NCBI GenBank assembly: GCA_963762255.1
Contig: CAVXKA010000001.1
Location: 96,001-160,000, forward strand
Source of the DNA: Candidatus Eiseniibacteriota bacterium
Lineage (GTDB): Bacteria; Eisenbacteria; RBG-16-71-46; JABDJR01
Reading direction: 5' to 3'
Length of the DNA stretch: 64,000 nucleotides
Shown here: positions 33,064-43,314 of the stretch, in pieces
Position numbering within the stretch: the stretch's first letter is position 1
Layout of the letters: each line of letters starts with the position of its first letter
The notes under the pieces: model-generated
Seen by the model: only the letters and a program-made list of their open reading frames with translations
What the model was told of the DNA's origin: nothing
Database searches by the model: none
Translations under genes and position numbers: made by a program

Positions 33064-35163
33064 ATGGAAACCTACCCCGGCGCGGATACCCCTTCGGTCA
33101 CCTTGAGCGTGCTCGCGGGCGTGGGGGCCCGCGGCGAGCGGATCACTCACTTGCTCGAGGATCTTGTCGCTTCGCTCCCTGAGCCGCTGAAGGCGGCCAT
33201 CCGGGTCGTCCACGGCGCGGACGCCGCAGCGCTGCTGCAGCAGGTGCGAGCGGCGCGCGCGTCCCTTACCGATCAGGTGAACACCGAGCGCATCCTCGCC
33301 GGGAAGTGGCAGGTGGAGGGACGCGATACCGGCGGGGTGCGCGTCCAGCTCTGCATCGCCGCCGCCGAAGGAGAGGACGCGGGGCTCGATCAGACGGTTC
33401 GCACTCTGCAGAACGACAACGGCTCCGACACAATCCGCACGATCACAATCGCGACGAATCCGGTGGACGTCACGCCGGCGGGCGAGGCGAGAGGCGTGCG
33501 CCGCTACTTCGTCGGCCCGCGCAACGCCGCCGGTGAGACAACCGGGGATGATGCGATCATCGGAAGTGTCGCGGGAGCGCTGCTGCTGTTCGCGTTGCCT
33601 GGATCACGACCCGGGCCGGACCCCACCGAGGACCGCGCGGCCACGTTCGGCCTCTCCGCTTTTCATGGGGTGATCGGAGCCTCCCGCCGCCAGCTTGCGC
33701 GCCATCTGGCCGCCGCCCTACTCGCGATCCACGGTCGCCCCGCCTCGGAAGTGGACCAGCAGCGGTTTCAGGGGCAGGACCTTGCGGAGTTCGTGCAAGA
33801 TCATTCGCTGGAGACCTTGCTGCCGCGGCTCTTCGATCCTCGGCTGTTCGACACAGGCCGCACGGAGCCGATCCCGGCGGTGCCCCAGATCGACGACAAC
33901 CGCTTAGTGGAAATCACCCTCGATCGTGGGGCGGTGGCGCTCAAGCTCGCGCCGGGAGAGGAGACGCTCTGGTCCGAGCAGCTCGTGCGGTACTCGCGCA
34001 CGCTGGAAATGACGGTGGCGGTGCGGTGGCGGCGCCAGATGGAGTCTGCGTTCCGCAACCTCGCGAGGACGGTGCCGGACGCGTTGGTTGAGCGCGTCAG
34101 GACGTACGTTGCGCGGACGGTGAACGGCCACGCCCTCATGCGAGACGCCCTCGAGCGCGTCCGAACCGATCACGAGCACGAATTGCTGTCCTTGCCCGAT
34201 CCATCCGCCCGGCTGGAGCCGGCGTTGCGCGAACTGGACCACGCTGTGGCCGCGCGCCCAGGGGCGCTCGACCTGTGGCTGCGGACCGCGCTGTGGGTGC
34301 TGCCGGCGGCGGGAGCGGCGGCACTCGTCCTGACCCGGTTAATGGATGATGACCGGGAGAAATGGTTCGCTCTGGGGGTGGCGGTACTCGTGGCGGCGGC
34401 AGGTGTACTTGGAGTCGTCCAGCGGCTGGACGCGGCACGCCAGCGCATCCTCAAGAGCCGCGACCGCGCGGTGGCCATCATCCTCGACCGTCAGGAGGCG
34501 ATTCTCTCGCAGAATGCGGTCGGGTACGTGCAGGACTTGGTCGCCCTCCTGCGTCGCGGTCGGGAGAGTGCCCTGGAGTTCCTCGCCAAGGACGAGGAGG
34601 CGATCACGGTGGCGCGCAGGACTCTAGATGAGGCGCTGGCCCGCCCGGTAGAGGGGCCGGTGACTTTCGAGCCTGTCCTTCGCACTCGCAAGGAGTATGA
34701 GGAGGCGCACCGCCTGCTGAACGCGAACACAGATCAGTTGCTGGAGGGGCTTGGAGGAGAGGATGGACTCTCCCCGCAAGCGGTGCAGATCGCACACAAC
34801 ATGGCGCTGCCGGAGTGGCTGACGACATGGTGCGACGCGCGAATCGTCGAGGGCAGGGCTGTCCGCCCAATCCCGTTCTCGTCGGCCTGGGAGATCCGCT
34901 TGAAGGGTCGCCCCGAGGGCAACGTGCACGACGAGCTCGCCGCCTTGCAGCGGCGGGCGGAGCCACTGGGAAGCGTGGAGATGTCCTGCAAGCAGATGGC
35001 GATGCGGGTGGTTCCTGCGGGCGTACCGACGGAGGGGATGGAACCGGCCACTGAAGAGGTGGGCGGATTGCAGGAAGTGGTCGAGGTGCCATCCCCGCAC
35101 GCACTCCCCCTCTTTGTCTGCTGGAAAGGCGCGCTCCTGCGCCCGCATGAGGGGACGCGATGA
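33064..35163 (+). CDS. Hypothetical membrane protein, possibly degenerate tubulin-like partner
   Basis: 699 aa; LAGVGARG at the N-terminus, no GGTGSG; two adjacent hydrophobic helices flanked by coiled-coil-like segments. Confidence 0.6.
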   Translation: METYPGADTPSVTLSVLAGVGARGERITHLLEDLVASLPEPLKAAIRVVHGADAAALLQQVRAARASLTDQVNTERILAGKWQVEGRDTGGVRVQLCIAAAEGEDAGLDQTVRTLQNDNGSDTIRTITIATNPVDVTPAGEARGVRRYFVGPRNAAGETTGDDAIIGSVAGALLLFALPGSRPGPDPTEDRAATFGLSAFHGVIGASRRQLARHLAAALLAIHGRPASEVDQQRFQGQDLAEFVQDHSLETLLPRLFDPRLFDTGRTEPIPAVPQIDDNRLVEITLDRGAVALKLAPGEETLWSEQLVRYSRTLEMTVAVRWRRQMESAFRNLARTVPDALVERVRTYVARTVNGHALMRDALERVRTDHEHELLSLPDPSARLEPALRELDHAVAARPGALDLWLRTALWVLPAAGAAALVLTRLMDDDREKWFALGVAVLVAAAGVLGVVQRLDAARQRILKSRDRAVAIILDRQEAILSQNAVGYVQDLVALLRRGRESALEFLAKDEEAITVARRTLDEALARPVEGPVTFEPVLRTRKEYEEAHRLLNANTDQLLEGLGGEDGLSPQAVQIAHNMALPEWLTTWCDARIVEGRAVRPIPFSSAWEIRLKGRPEGNVHDELAALQRRAEPLGSVEMSCKQMAMRVVPAGVPTEGMEPATEEVGGLQEVVEVPSPHALPLFVCWKGALLRPHEGTR

Positions 35164-36356
35164 ACCCGCGCCGCCTGAACGCCCGCACGCTGAGTTCGCT
35201 GCTGTGGATGGTACTCGTTCTCGTCCCGCCGCTGCGCGCCGGGGTGGAGCGGGTGGCGCAGGCGTTATGGCCGGACGGCGGGATCTTCGCCCGGCTGGCT
35301 TCGGGGAGCCCGCGATGGGTGCCGTTCCTCGCTCTGGTGGCGATGGGTTACGCCGCCGTGTGGGCGCTCCTCAAGTTCGTGGTCCTCCCCTACATCCAGG
35401 AGGTCGATCGGGATCCCGCAGCGCCGCCGGGGCCGGGGCAGGGATTCTTCATTCCCACCGGCCGGCCAGACGGGGCATCCGTGCTCGCGCTATTGGTCAC
35501 AGCGATGTGGCTGGTGTTCCTGGCAGCGCTCACGGTGGTGACGCTGCCGTGGGTTGTGGGTGCGGTGCTCATTGTGGTCGGCGTGGTGAGGCAGGGGTAT
35601 CTCCCGAGACCCCGGCCGGAACCCTCGCCGGTGCCTGTGCCTCCGTCGCCGTTGCCTGCACCCCCGTCACCGCCGCGCAGTACCGAGGAAGAGGATGCCG
35701 TCAACTACTATCGGACCTATCAGTGGTGGTTCGATGAGACCCCGTACCTGCGCTCCTCGAATCCCACAAAACAGGAGATGCGACTAGCAATTCCAAAGGC
35801 CAAGTATCAGGAGTTCAAGGCCCGCTCCCATGCGGTCTCCGCACCGGGGGACATCGTCGCGTTCGCGAACGCAGACCTGGATGGGGACTGGGTTCGGGAG
35901 ACCGCGGCCAAGCTAAGAAGCATTACCGGGGCCAGCGAATTGGATGAGCTCGGTGAGATTCACCTTGCGATGGCCTTCACGCTCAGCATGGCCTACGCAG
36001 ACGACACGGTCGAACATGGAGGCGAGTACCCCAAGTTCCCCATCGAATCCCTGGTGGACAAGCGGGGCGACTGCGAGGACCACGCGATCCTGTGCGGGGC
36101 GGTTCTCCATGTACTCGGGCATCGGACGTCGCTTGTCTTGATGGAGGTGGATACCGGCGGCGGCCATGCAGCGCTCGCGGTGAAAGCGGATGTTCCGATA
36201 GGAGGCAAGTTCTTCGATGCCGCCGGCGAGAGGCTCTACTACTGTGAAGTGACGCCGGCGAGCGTAACCACCGAGACATCGCCGAGCGTTCAGTGGTGGT
36301 TGGGGATGGAGCCGCCGGCTGGGGCGCGGGGGTTCAGACTCTTTCCGATCGGGTAG
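35160..36356 (+). CDS. Membrane protein with transglutaminase-like cysteine protease domain
   Basis: Several TM helices, Pro-rich linker, YPKFPIESLVDKRGDCEDHAIL...HAAL...YYCEVT. Confidence 0.8.
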   Translation: MNPRRLNARTLSSLLWMVLVLVPPLRAGVERVAQALWPDGGIFARLASGSPRWVPFLALVAMGYAAVWALLKFVVLPYIQEVDRDPAAPPGPGQGFFIPTGRPDGASVLALLVTAMWLVFLAALTVVTLPWVVGAVLIVVGVVRQGYLPRPRPEPSPVPVPPSPLPAPPSPPRSTEEEDAVNYYRTYQWWFDETPYLRSSNPTKQEMRLAIPKAKYQEFKARSHAVSAPGDIVAFANADLDGDWVRETAAKLRSITGASELDELGEIHLAMAFTLSMAYADDTVEHGGEYPKFPIESLVDKRGDCEDHAILCGAVLHVLGHRTSLVLMEVDTGGGHAALAVKADVPIGGKFFDAAGERLYYCEVTPASVTTETSPSVQWWLGMEPPAGARGFRLFPIG

Positions 36357-36389
36357 CCGGCCATCAGCTTCGCTGCCTATCCCCAATCA

Positions 36390-37283
36390 TCACACAGGTG
36401 GAATCTGCGGCCTCTCGTAGGCGATATCGTAGACAAGAGCGGCCGGTTCCTTCCCGGCCGGGGCCGGAAGTGTTGTGATGTACTGGAACTTGACACCGTT
36501 GGTCAATGTGACGGCGGCAGCGGCTATGCTCGCGGTCTTGAGACCACCCGTGACGTTGATCAAGATACCGGAATCATGAGTGCCATACTTTGAACGTTCG
36601 TGCTGAATCAGATCCTCGATCGCGCTCTTCACCTCCCCAAACAGTTCGAACTCGACCGCGCGTGTGGCTTTGATGAGCTCGACCCCCGGAAGAAATCGCC
36701 CGAGCAGCTTCACGCAGAGATCCAATTCGCCCCAAGATCCCGGATCCCCACCAAGACGATCGGCTGACCCCACGAGGTAGATTCGCCGGACGACTCCCTG
36801 GTGATGACTGACGGCTCTCAGAAGCTGGAGCCAGTTCCATCTCTTGTCGGCAGATTCCAGAGCAACCCTGGGGATTGACGCATCCAGCGAACGGAATTCC
36901 AGCGGGATGCGGCGCGATCCATCGATGAGGAGTTCTCCGTCGCCGCTCTCCGGCACATCCTTGAGCAAGAGAGGCTTCTGCGGGGACACCAGGAGGATAA
37001 GCACCTTGTGGGGCCATACGTGAAGCGGGGACAGACTCTTCGGCAGCACAAAGGAACTCCGCATCAGGTACAGCATCACAATGAATGCAAGAAACACCAG
37101 GCAGAGCGCGATAGCTAGCAGTACGCGCACCGCGGGGCTGTCCAGGAATGGCCACCATGTGGCGAAGGGGATGTTCCCAATGGCATTTGCTGCCAAGCTT
37201 CCCGAGAGGACGACGCCCACGGCGAGCAGAATCGCCCTCTTGGGGATTACCCTCAATTCGCGGAATCTGGCCCCTACTTCCAT
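36390..37283 (-). CDS. Transmembrane CARF-domain effector (Cam1-like architecture)
   Basis: Two N-terminal hydrophobic helices; KVLILLVS and INVTGGLKTASIAA CARF motifs; no nuclease domain; last gene of the type III operon. Confidence 0.72.
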   Translation of the reverse strand: MEVGARFRELRVIPKRAILLAVGVVLSGSLAANAIGNIPFATWWPFLDSPAVRVLLAIALCLVFLAFIVMLYLMRSSFVLPKSLSPLHVWPHKVLILLVSPQKPLLLKDVPESGDGELLIDGSRRIPLEFRSLDASIPRVALESADKRWNWLQLLRAVSHHQGVVRRIYLVGSADRLGGDPGSWGELDLCVKLLGRFLPGVELIKATRAVEFELFGEVKSAIEDLIQHERSKYGTHDSGILINVTGGLKTASIAAAAVTLTNGVKFQYITTLPAPAGKEPAALVYDIAYERPQIPPV

Positions 37284-37446
37284 GCTGGTTTTCCCCCGAC
37301 CGGATCCTACCAACACTCCTCCACGAGCGGTAATTCTGTCACGACCTTACGGGCATTCAGGCTTTCATCTTCGCGGTGCCGCGACTGCGACACATCTATG
37401 GCGGGAGCGAGATCATCACCTCACTCACGTCCGGTCTCGAGTGCCC

Positions 37447-39858
37447 TTAGCCGTGCCAGGAAATCGGCCGCCTCTCTTGCGCTCCGGTCGACCCCACCGA
37501 ACGTCCCTGTCTCTTCTGGGCTACCCGGCGAAGCAGGGCGTCCCGATCACGCGCCCATTTCTTCAGGGCCTTGGAGTCGGATTCCTGCGGCTTCCGTGCC
37601 TCGTGGCCCGCAAGCTCTGCTTCGGCCGCAGTGACCTCGGAACCGCCACTCTTGGCCGCCCTTGTCTCGAGCAGTTTGACCGGCTCCGGGAAGAGGGCCA
37701 GCACGGCGCTCGCCCATTCCTTGGGCCTGGAAGCCATGGACGGAGGGACCTCCCGACAGTTGCGAAGAAGGTAGTTGGCCTGTTCTGCAACCGGCCGATC
37801 GAGAACGGCCCCGAGAATCCCCCTGACGATGTCGAGTGGATCCTGTGGAGGAGGTGGGGGCGGTGGCGGCGGCGGTGACCCACCTCGGGCTTGCGGACCT
37901 GTCCCCACACCAGATACGGGCCGCGAGACCAGCGGCCCCCCGGGCCTTGAGGGTGCCCCTGCAGCGCGGATCCTGCGACCGGGCATCCGGGTGATGTATC
38001 GAGGAAGCACCGCAAGGTCCCTCTTGGCTTCCGTGAATTCCTTATGTTGCAACACCATGTACGTGAGGCGATCCGCAACCGCGTTCGAGGGGTCGGCCAT
38101 GCCAAGAAGTTGGACGAGTTGCTCCGACTCCGCCCAGCCTGGCACGCGATTCTCCATGTATGCCTCAAAACCCTTGCGAGCGTCCTGTAGAGATATTGAC
38201 TTTCCGTCCGCAAGTCGGACCAACCTACATCCTTGCTCGTGCAGCTTCACTGCGCCGAAGCCGAACGGCTTGGCCAACCCTAGCGCATGACAACAGGCTT
38301 CACGGCCACCGAAATCCAGCGCCCAAGCTAGCGCGCCGAACTCGACCTCTCTCAAGTTGTGGACACGGATGCGGCCCCGGAACCGCGTCCCTGCCGGCAG
38401 TGCTCTCCACTGAGTCGCCACGCTGGCATTGCCCTGGACGGGAGACTCATTGCTAGGCCTCACGGGATAGCGCTTCCAGCCGCGCAAACGGACGTTTTCA
38501 TCCATGAGCGTGGCGTAGCCTCTATCCTTCCGGACCTTCGGGTTCTCCCCCCCCGCCTGGGGATCTAACCGGTCGGATTGCTCGATGTAGGCCGGATAAA
38601 ATGTCGGTTTGGGGCCGTTCAGGATCGCCCCGCTGTCCCGCAACTGGTACTGACCCTCGGCGGCAGTGAACAACCCGATGTGGACCCGCCCCCGTGCCGA
38701 CATGGCCCCCGCGGCATGGGACCGCGAGTAGCCGAAGATTGCGTCCGCCAAGTCCATCACCGGGCTTCCTGCTTCAGGAGACCCCGTGGCCGGATCAGGA
38801 TTGTGCAATAGGCAGGAGTTGTCGATCGCATCACCGAGAGTGTGTCGGTAAGCAAGACGGAACATCTGGGTGAGCCCGATGCAATCAATCACCCTCGGAT
38901 CTCGCTCTGACCTCAGGAAGAAGATCGGAACCCTGTCACCACCTTCCAGGCGGGCCCTCCAGAACCCCCACTCGTCGTTGGGCCGCGCCTCGCCTCCATG
39001 ACGTTCACCTTGCTCCAGACTATGATTGAGTTCAAAATCGTGCCGCACCCGATCATCGATAGCCACGGCGGCACCCTTGGATCCATAGAACACGAACTCC
39101 CTGTGCTTCCCCTTGTTCTCTCCCCCGGGGAGGAGCCGCGCGTTTGGACTCGGTTGTCCAGTGAATACCAGGGTTCCATCGACATCGCCCGCTCGAAGGT
39201 CGGCAAGGCTGAAGCGGAGATGCCCCCGGCCGTTGCTCATCCGGTGGTCGATCACTGCGCCGGGACAAAACTGGATTTCCAGGGGTTGCCCGCTCTGCGC
39301 CCAGGCGCCGTACTTGTCTTGGAGTGACGACCGATTGATGAAGCACCTGCGGAGGGCCGCGGCATCCTCGCCCAGATACCCGAGCAGGTCGGCCTGCTCG
39401 ACGCGACTCACCTCGCACGGTTGAATGAACCAATCCCCATTACGTTCCTGGAGCCACCCGGGCTCTGCCCGTGGCTCATAGACTTCATTACCCACGGTCT
39501 TCGTCATGCGCGAGATGTAGAGTTGCCTGTTCTGCAGATCCCGCACGGCGTAGCGGCGGGAACGATCCACGAACTGGAACTTGCTGAACGTAATGATTTC
39601 AAGCACGTTCCGAAGCATCCCCTTGACCGAACTCCCCGGAATGGCGTACCTGCCATCTGGAGTTCTGAAGGGCGTGACGCGATCCCCTTCCCGCCCTCCG
39701 CCAACACAAATGGCCGTGGTCGCCTCCAGATCGATCTCGATCTCGCCGCAGATTCCGTCGGAGAAGGGAACGTCCTGGCTGATCAGGGGTGCCCATTCCG
39801 GGGTTACGACAACCTCGTTGAGAGGCACGAAGTTGTAGGGAGCGTGAACCTGACTCAT
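37447..39858 (-). CDS. cas7: Type III-D Cas7 with large insertion (TIGR03986-like RAMP) plus C-terminal extension
   Basis: APYNFVPL, IPGSSVKGMLR, PKPTFYPAY, LRGWKRY, LGLAKPFGFG. Confidence 0.88.
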   Translation of the reverse strand: MSQVHAPYNFVPLNEVVVTPEWAPLISQDVPFSDGICGEIEIDLEATTAICVGGGREGDRVTPFRTPDGRYAIPGSSVKGMLRNVLEIITFSKFQFVDRSRRYAVRDLQNRQLYISRMTKTVGNEVYEPRAEPGWLQERNGDWFIQPCEVSRVEQADLLGYLGEDAAALRRCFINRSSLQDKYGAWAQSGQPLEIQFCPGAVIDHRMSNGRGHLRFSLADLRAGDVDGTLVFTGQPSPNARLLPGGENKGKHREFVFYGSKGAAVAIDDRVRHDFELNHSLEQGERHGGEARPNDEWGFWRARLEGGDRVPIFFLRSERDPRVIDCIGLTQMFRLAYRHTLGDAIDNSCLLHNPDPATGSPEAGSPVMDLADAIFGYSRSHAAGAMSARGRVHIGLFTAAEGQYQLRDSGAILNGPKPTFYPAYIEQSDRLDPQAGGENPKVRKDRGYATLMDENVRLRGWKRYPVRPSNESPVQGNASVATQWRALPAGTRFRGRIRVHNLREVEFGALAWALDFGGREACCHALGLAKPFGFGAVKLHEQGCRLVRLADGKSISLQDARKGFEAYMENRVPGWAESEQLVQLLGMADPSNAVADRLTYMVLQHKEFTEAKRDLAVLPRYITRMPGRRIRAAGAPSRPGGPLVSRPVSGVGTGPQARGGSPPPPPPPPPPQDPLDIVRGILGAVLDRPVAEQANYLLRNCREVPPSMASRPKEWASAVLALFPEPVKLLETRAAKSGGSEVTAAEAELAGHEARKPQESDSKALKKWARDRDALLRRVAQKRQGRSVGSTGAQERRPISWHG

Positions 39859-40338
39859 CGCGACTCTCCCGCGTTGACAAAACCGGCGAAACGGGCGACA
39901 GCAGGCCACAGCACCGTGCGACCTGGTGGGTCCTGCTGTGGCAGCCAACCCACTTCGTACTTGGCTTTCACCTGTGGCTCGCCCTGAACGAACATCTCGC
40001 GGAATGTCCCGATGGAGACTGGGTCCTCGGAACGCGCTAGCCGCCGCAGGATCCACTGGAAGCCACCAAGATGACGAAGATGGAGGGAACTCCCGTCGCT
40101 GCAGAGCCATTCCCCTGCCAGTGGGGTTCCAGCGCGCCTACTGATGACTGTCGGGGTCCTCATTGTCACCAACTCATCCGAGACGCATAGCCACCCGACC
40201 ACGGCGGGGAGTTTCTCCAGTTTCTTCCATACATCATCGACGGTCGCCAATCTCTCGACTCCGGTTTCGTCGATGCGAAAGCGAGCGCCCCCCCCCCGCC
40301 AGTATCAGCACCTGACCAACCTGCGCCTCACTTAGCAT
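39855..40338 (-). CDS. csx19: Csx19 (type III-D); 5' end shifted in a 10-G tract
   Basis: Position between Cas7-Cas7 and Cas7-insert; C-terminal ARFAGF; ORF track starts at 40250, and G9 instead of G10 at 40288-40297 would join ATG 40338. Confidence 0.75.
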
Positions 40339-41791
40339 TGCCGTCTGCCCCCATTGAACTCCGCCAGAGCGCCTCGAAAGAGGACGACCCGACAAGATGG
40401 AATACCCCGTGTCCCCGACCATACCCGGCTCCGATCTGGACCCTGCCTTCGCAGAGATCTCGGAGTGCCTCGCGAAAGGCGTCTCGGGCAATCGAGTCGA
40501 CCCTGTCGAGATCCTCGACAAGGAGTCGAAGGACCACCTGCGGTCCCTTGAAGAGCACGCGTTCCGAGAACAGGACGCCGGCCCGCGCTCCGCCAGTGAA
40601 GCGGTCGATGCTCACGTGGTCGAGCCGTGCCGTTGGACGCGGACCATCCATATCCAGCCACGCATCGTCAATAAAGACTTTGCCAGCACAGCCCTCTCCG
40701 GCCCCCTCGTCTGCCTGTCCGTGCAGAGTCCCGAAGAGAGCCTGGACCGAAGGGTTCCTGCTCCCCGTCCATTGCTCCAGGTCCTGCACGCTCTCTGCCT
40801 GATCGGCGTACCGTCCGCGCAAGCGGTTGTCGTGGAAGGCCACCCGGTGCGCCAGGGCCCCCTTGACCGACGACCCTGGAATGAACATCGCCTGCTCACA
40901 CACCACGGCGATGTCGGCGTCCCAGCGGATCCGCTCCTCCCGGACCGGGTTGAAGTCCGGGCTCCTTTCGTCCTCGTGTTCGACCCAAGGCTCGGTTCCG
41001 TTGAAGCCCCAGAACCCTTCTGCCTCAAGCGACAGAGCCAGTGCCCGAAGGGCCGCTGGGGGTGGGCCCAGGGACAATTCCAGTGGCTCAAGGTAGCGGG
41101 CTTCGACATCCAGTCTGGCGCTGTGGCCCATGTACGCGTTTGGAGCATGGCCCGAGGCATGGTCAAACTTGCCGTATAGGCACTTCACGACCGCAAAGCT
41201 ACCCAACCCTCTTCGGCCGGCGCCTCCCACACGCATCCACCCCCCAGCGAGATGCCGCAAGATCCACAGAAAATCCGACTCGTCTTCGGGTCGGTCATCA
41301 CCGGCTTCCAGATGAAGCTCAAAGGTGAACCGGTGGCCCGCAGGCACGAGAGCCTGATCGAACTTTCCCCTACTGTCCGCGGCACCCCGGTGCGAGATTC
41401 GGACATGATCCCGAACGGTCATCCCCATGGCGTTAGCGAGGACAGGATCAGCGTTCCACACTCCAACCCGCAAGCCATCAACAGGGCGGTTTCTGGAATC
41501 GTGGATATGTGCCCAGGTGACCCACAGCCTGGAACCCTCCCCCAGCCCGTTCTCTGCATCATCTGATCCGCCGAACAACTGGGTGGTCCTGGCGGACCCA
41601 TGCTCACGCTCAAAGGCATGACGGATCATGCCAGTCAGGGATGTGCCCGGTATCACTGGCAGGTCGTTAGCATCGAGCACTGGGCCAGTGTCGGCGAGGA
41701 GCAGTCGCCCTGAGGATCCTACGAGAAACGGCGTCCGGAACTCGATGGTCACTCGGGCTATTCGACGGAACAGGATGGTCCCTGTGCTCAT
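40328..41791 (-). CDS. cas7: Cas7-Cas7 double RAMP fusion
   Basis: Two RAMP units: IPGTSLTGMIR...GGAGRRGLG and IPGSSVKGALAHR...IDRFTGG...GAGYGRGHG. Confidence 0.9.
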   Translation of the reverse strand: MSTGTILFRRIARVTIEFRTPFLVGSSGRLLLADTGPVLDANDLPVIPGTSLTGMIRHAFEREHGSARTTQLFGGSDDAENGLGEGSRLWVTWAHIHDSRNRPVDGLRVGVWNADPVLANAMGMTVRDHVRISHRGAADSRGKFDQALVPAGHRFTFELHLEAGDDRPEDESDFLWILRHLAGGWMRVGGAGRRGLGSFAVVKCLYGKFDHASGHAPNAYMGHSARLDVEARYLEPLELSLGPPPAALRALALSLEAEGFWGFNGTEPWVEHEDERSPDFNPVREERIRWDADIAVVCEQAMFIPGSSVKGALAHRVAFHDNRLRGRYADQAESVQDLEQWTGSRNPSVQALFGTLHGQADEGAGEGCAGKVFIDDAWLDMDGPRPTARLDHVSIDRFTGGARAGVLFSERVLFKGPQVVLRLLVEDLDRVDSIARDAFREALRDLCEGRVQIGAGYGRGHGVFHLVGSSSFEALWRSSMGADGNAK

Positions 41792-43314
41792 GCCTGCACT
41801 CCTTCCCTGAGCCTGGACTGTCGCCGGGCGACCAAGTGCGCCGTCAGATGCAGGCAGAGCTTCTTCTCAGCTTCGCCGACCTCCTGGGGCGTGGCTTCAA
41901 GGAACCACTCATAGAGTGGTTTGCCAGATATCGCCGTTCTCCACGTGTTGGCACCCACCCCACCTGTTCCCGCCTCGACCCCGAAGTGCTCTTGGCGTAG
42001 GGTCTGCTCAAGCTCTGCAAACGAGACCGCTCCGCTTCGGCACGCCAAGGCGCATGCCTGGGCCACGGCATTCCACTGTGACCGGGATGGCACCGGGTCC
42101 CGCTTCCGCCGCGCGCGCCCCAGTCGGGTCGACAACTCTCGTGCCGATACCTCCGCTTGGAGAACGACCCTTTCCTCCGCGACAACTTGACGACTTTGCT
42201 CCAGGATCCAGTCTGCGAGAGGGGATTCTGGTTTCTGGCCAACGGGCACCTGCTGCTCGGCAGAGTACTCTCTGAACTCTGGATGCAGGGTGGCCAGGAA
42301 CCAGGGTTCGACTACCACTTGGCCGAGACCCTCCTGCCGGAAGAGCCCCACTCCGGATTCCAGTGCCACCTCAAGCGCCTGAACGTCCACCTTCGTCGCT
42401 CCCGCGAAAGTCAGCGTGCTACCCCGTTCCAGAACGCGTCGCTCAAGGTCTCTCGAGCGCCTCTTCCCGTTGTAGGGCACGAATCGCCGGACGGACCATG
42501 CCGATTTCGGGACAACCAATTTCCAGTCCTCAGGGAATCCGAAATGTGCCGGGTGCGGTATCTGAGCCGGTTCCCCGGACAACGGGTCGGCAAGCGCGGT
42601 GTCGGAGTTCAGCACGAGGGTCACGGTGGTTGCGGAGTGCGACCGCGAGGGCTTCACAGCCGCGGTATCCACAAGCATGGTGCGAATCCTGCCGTACTCT
42701 GCCGATCGGGAACGTCCAATCCAGAAGGTCCCACGGGCCAACTCCTCCTGAAGGCGTGCGTCGACATCCGGGCTCACGTCATCGTCTAACTGAATGTGCG
42801 AACGCCAGGACGAACCTGCCGCGAGAGACTCGTATCCAAAAAGGCTGCCTTCTGCCGGTGCACCGCGCCGATCGCGGGACACCGCTGTCTTGAGGCGATA
42901 CTCCCGATCAACGCCAATCACCCTGCCGTCCGCCCTGAAATATCCCTCTTCCATCCGGCGACAGCGCTGCTGCCTTCGCAGGTCATCTTCCAGGTGATTC
43001 AGGCAGTAAATGTTGGCGGAGACATACCTCGAGTCCTGCACGACGGAGGTGTTCGCCACCCGCAACCAGCCCAGGGGAACCAGGTGGGCGCCCCCCGCAG
43101 GCGATATGGGCAGCGCGTCGAGAAAGCGCACCTGGCCACTGTGGAACGTCACAAATGCGTGAAGCCCCAGCTTCTGGTAGAGCCTTGCCGCGAATGCCCC
43201 CAGGAAGTTGGAGCCGCGCAGATACGTGAGGCTTTGGTGCACGCCGAGAGATGCTGCGTTCACGGTCTGGATGACACCCGATTCGAGAAAGACGTCATAG
43301 GCGATGATTCTCAT
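41788..43314 (-). CDS. csx10: Csx10/Cas5-family RAMP with probable C-terminal Cas11-like region
   Basis: YLRGSNFLGA, IGRSRSAEYG, GVGLFRQEGLGQV; helical tail with PSRSQW. Confidence 0.8.
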   Translation of the reverse strand: MRIIAYDVFLESGVIQTVNAASLGVHQSLTYLRGSNFLGAFAARLYQKLGLHAFVTFHSGQVRFLDALPISPAGGAHLVPLGWLRVANTSVVQDSRYVSANIYCLNHLEDDLRRQQRCRRMEEGYFRADGRVIGVDREYRLKTAVSRDRRGAPAEGSLFGYESLAAGSSWRSHIQLDDDVSPDVDARLQEELARGTFWIGRSRSAEYGRIRTMLVDTAAVKPSRSHSATTVTLVLNSDTALADPLSGEPAQIPHPAHFGFPEDWKLVVPKSAWSVRRFVPYNGKRRSRDLERRVLERGSTLTFAGATKVDVQALEVALESGVGLFRQEGLGQVVVEPWFLATLHPEFREYSAEQQVPVGQKPESPLADWILEQSRQVVAEERVVLQAEVSARELSTRLGRARRKRDPVPSRSQWNAVAQACALACRSGAVSFAELEQTLRQEHFGVEAGTGGVGANTWRTAISGKPLYEWFLEATPQEVGEAEKKLCLHLTAHLVARRQSRLREGVQA

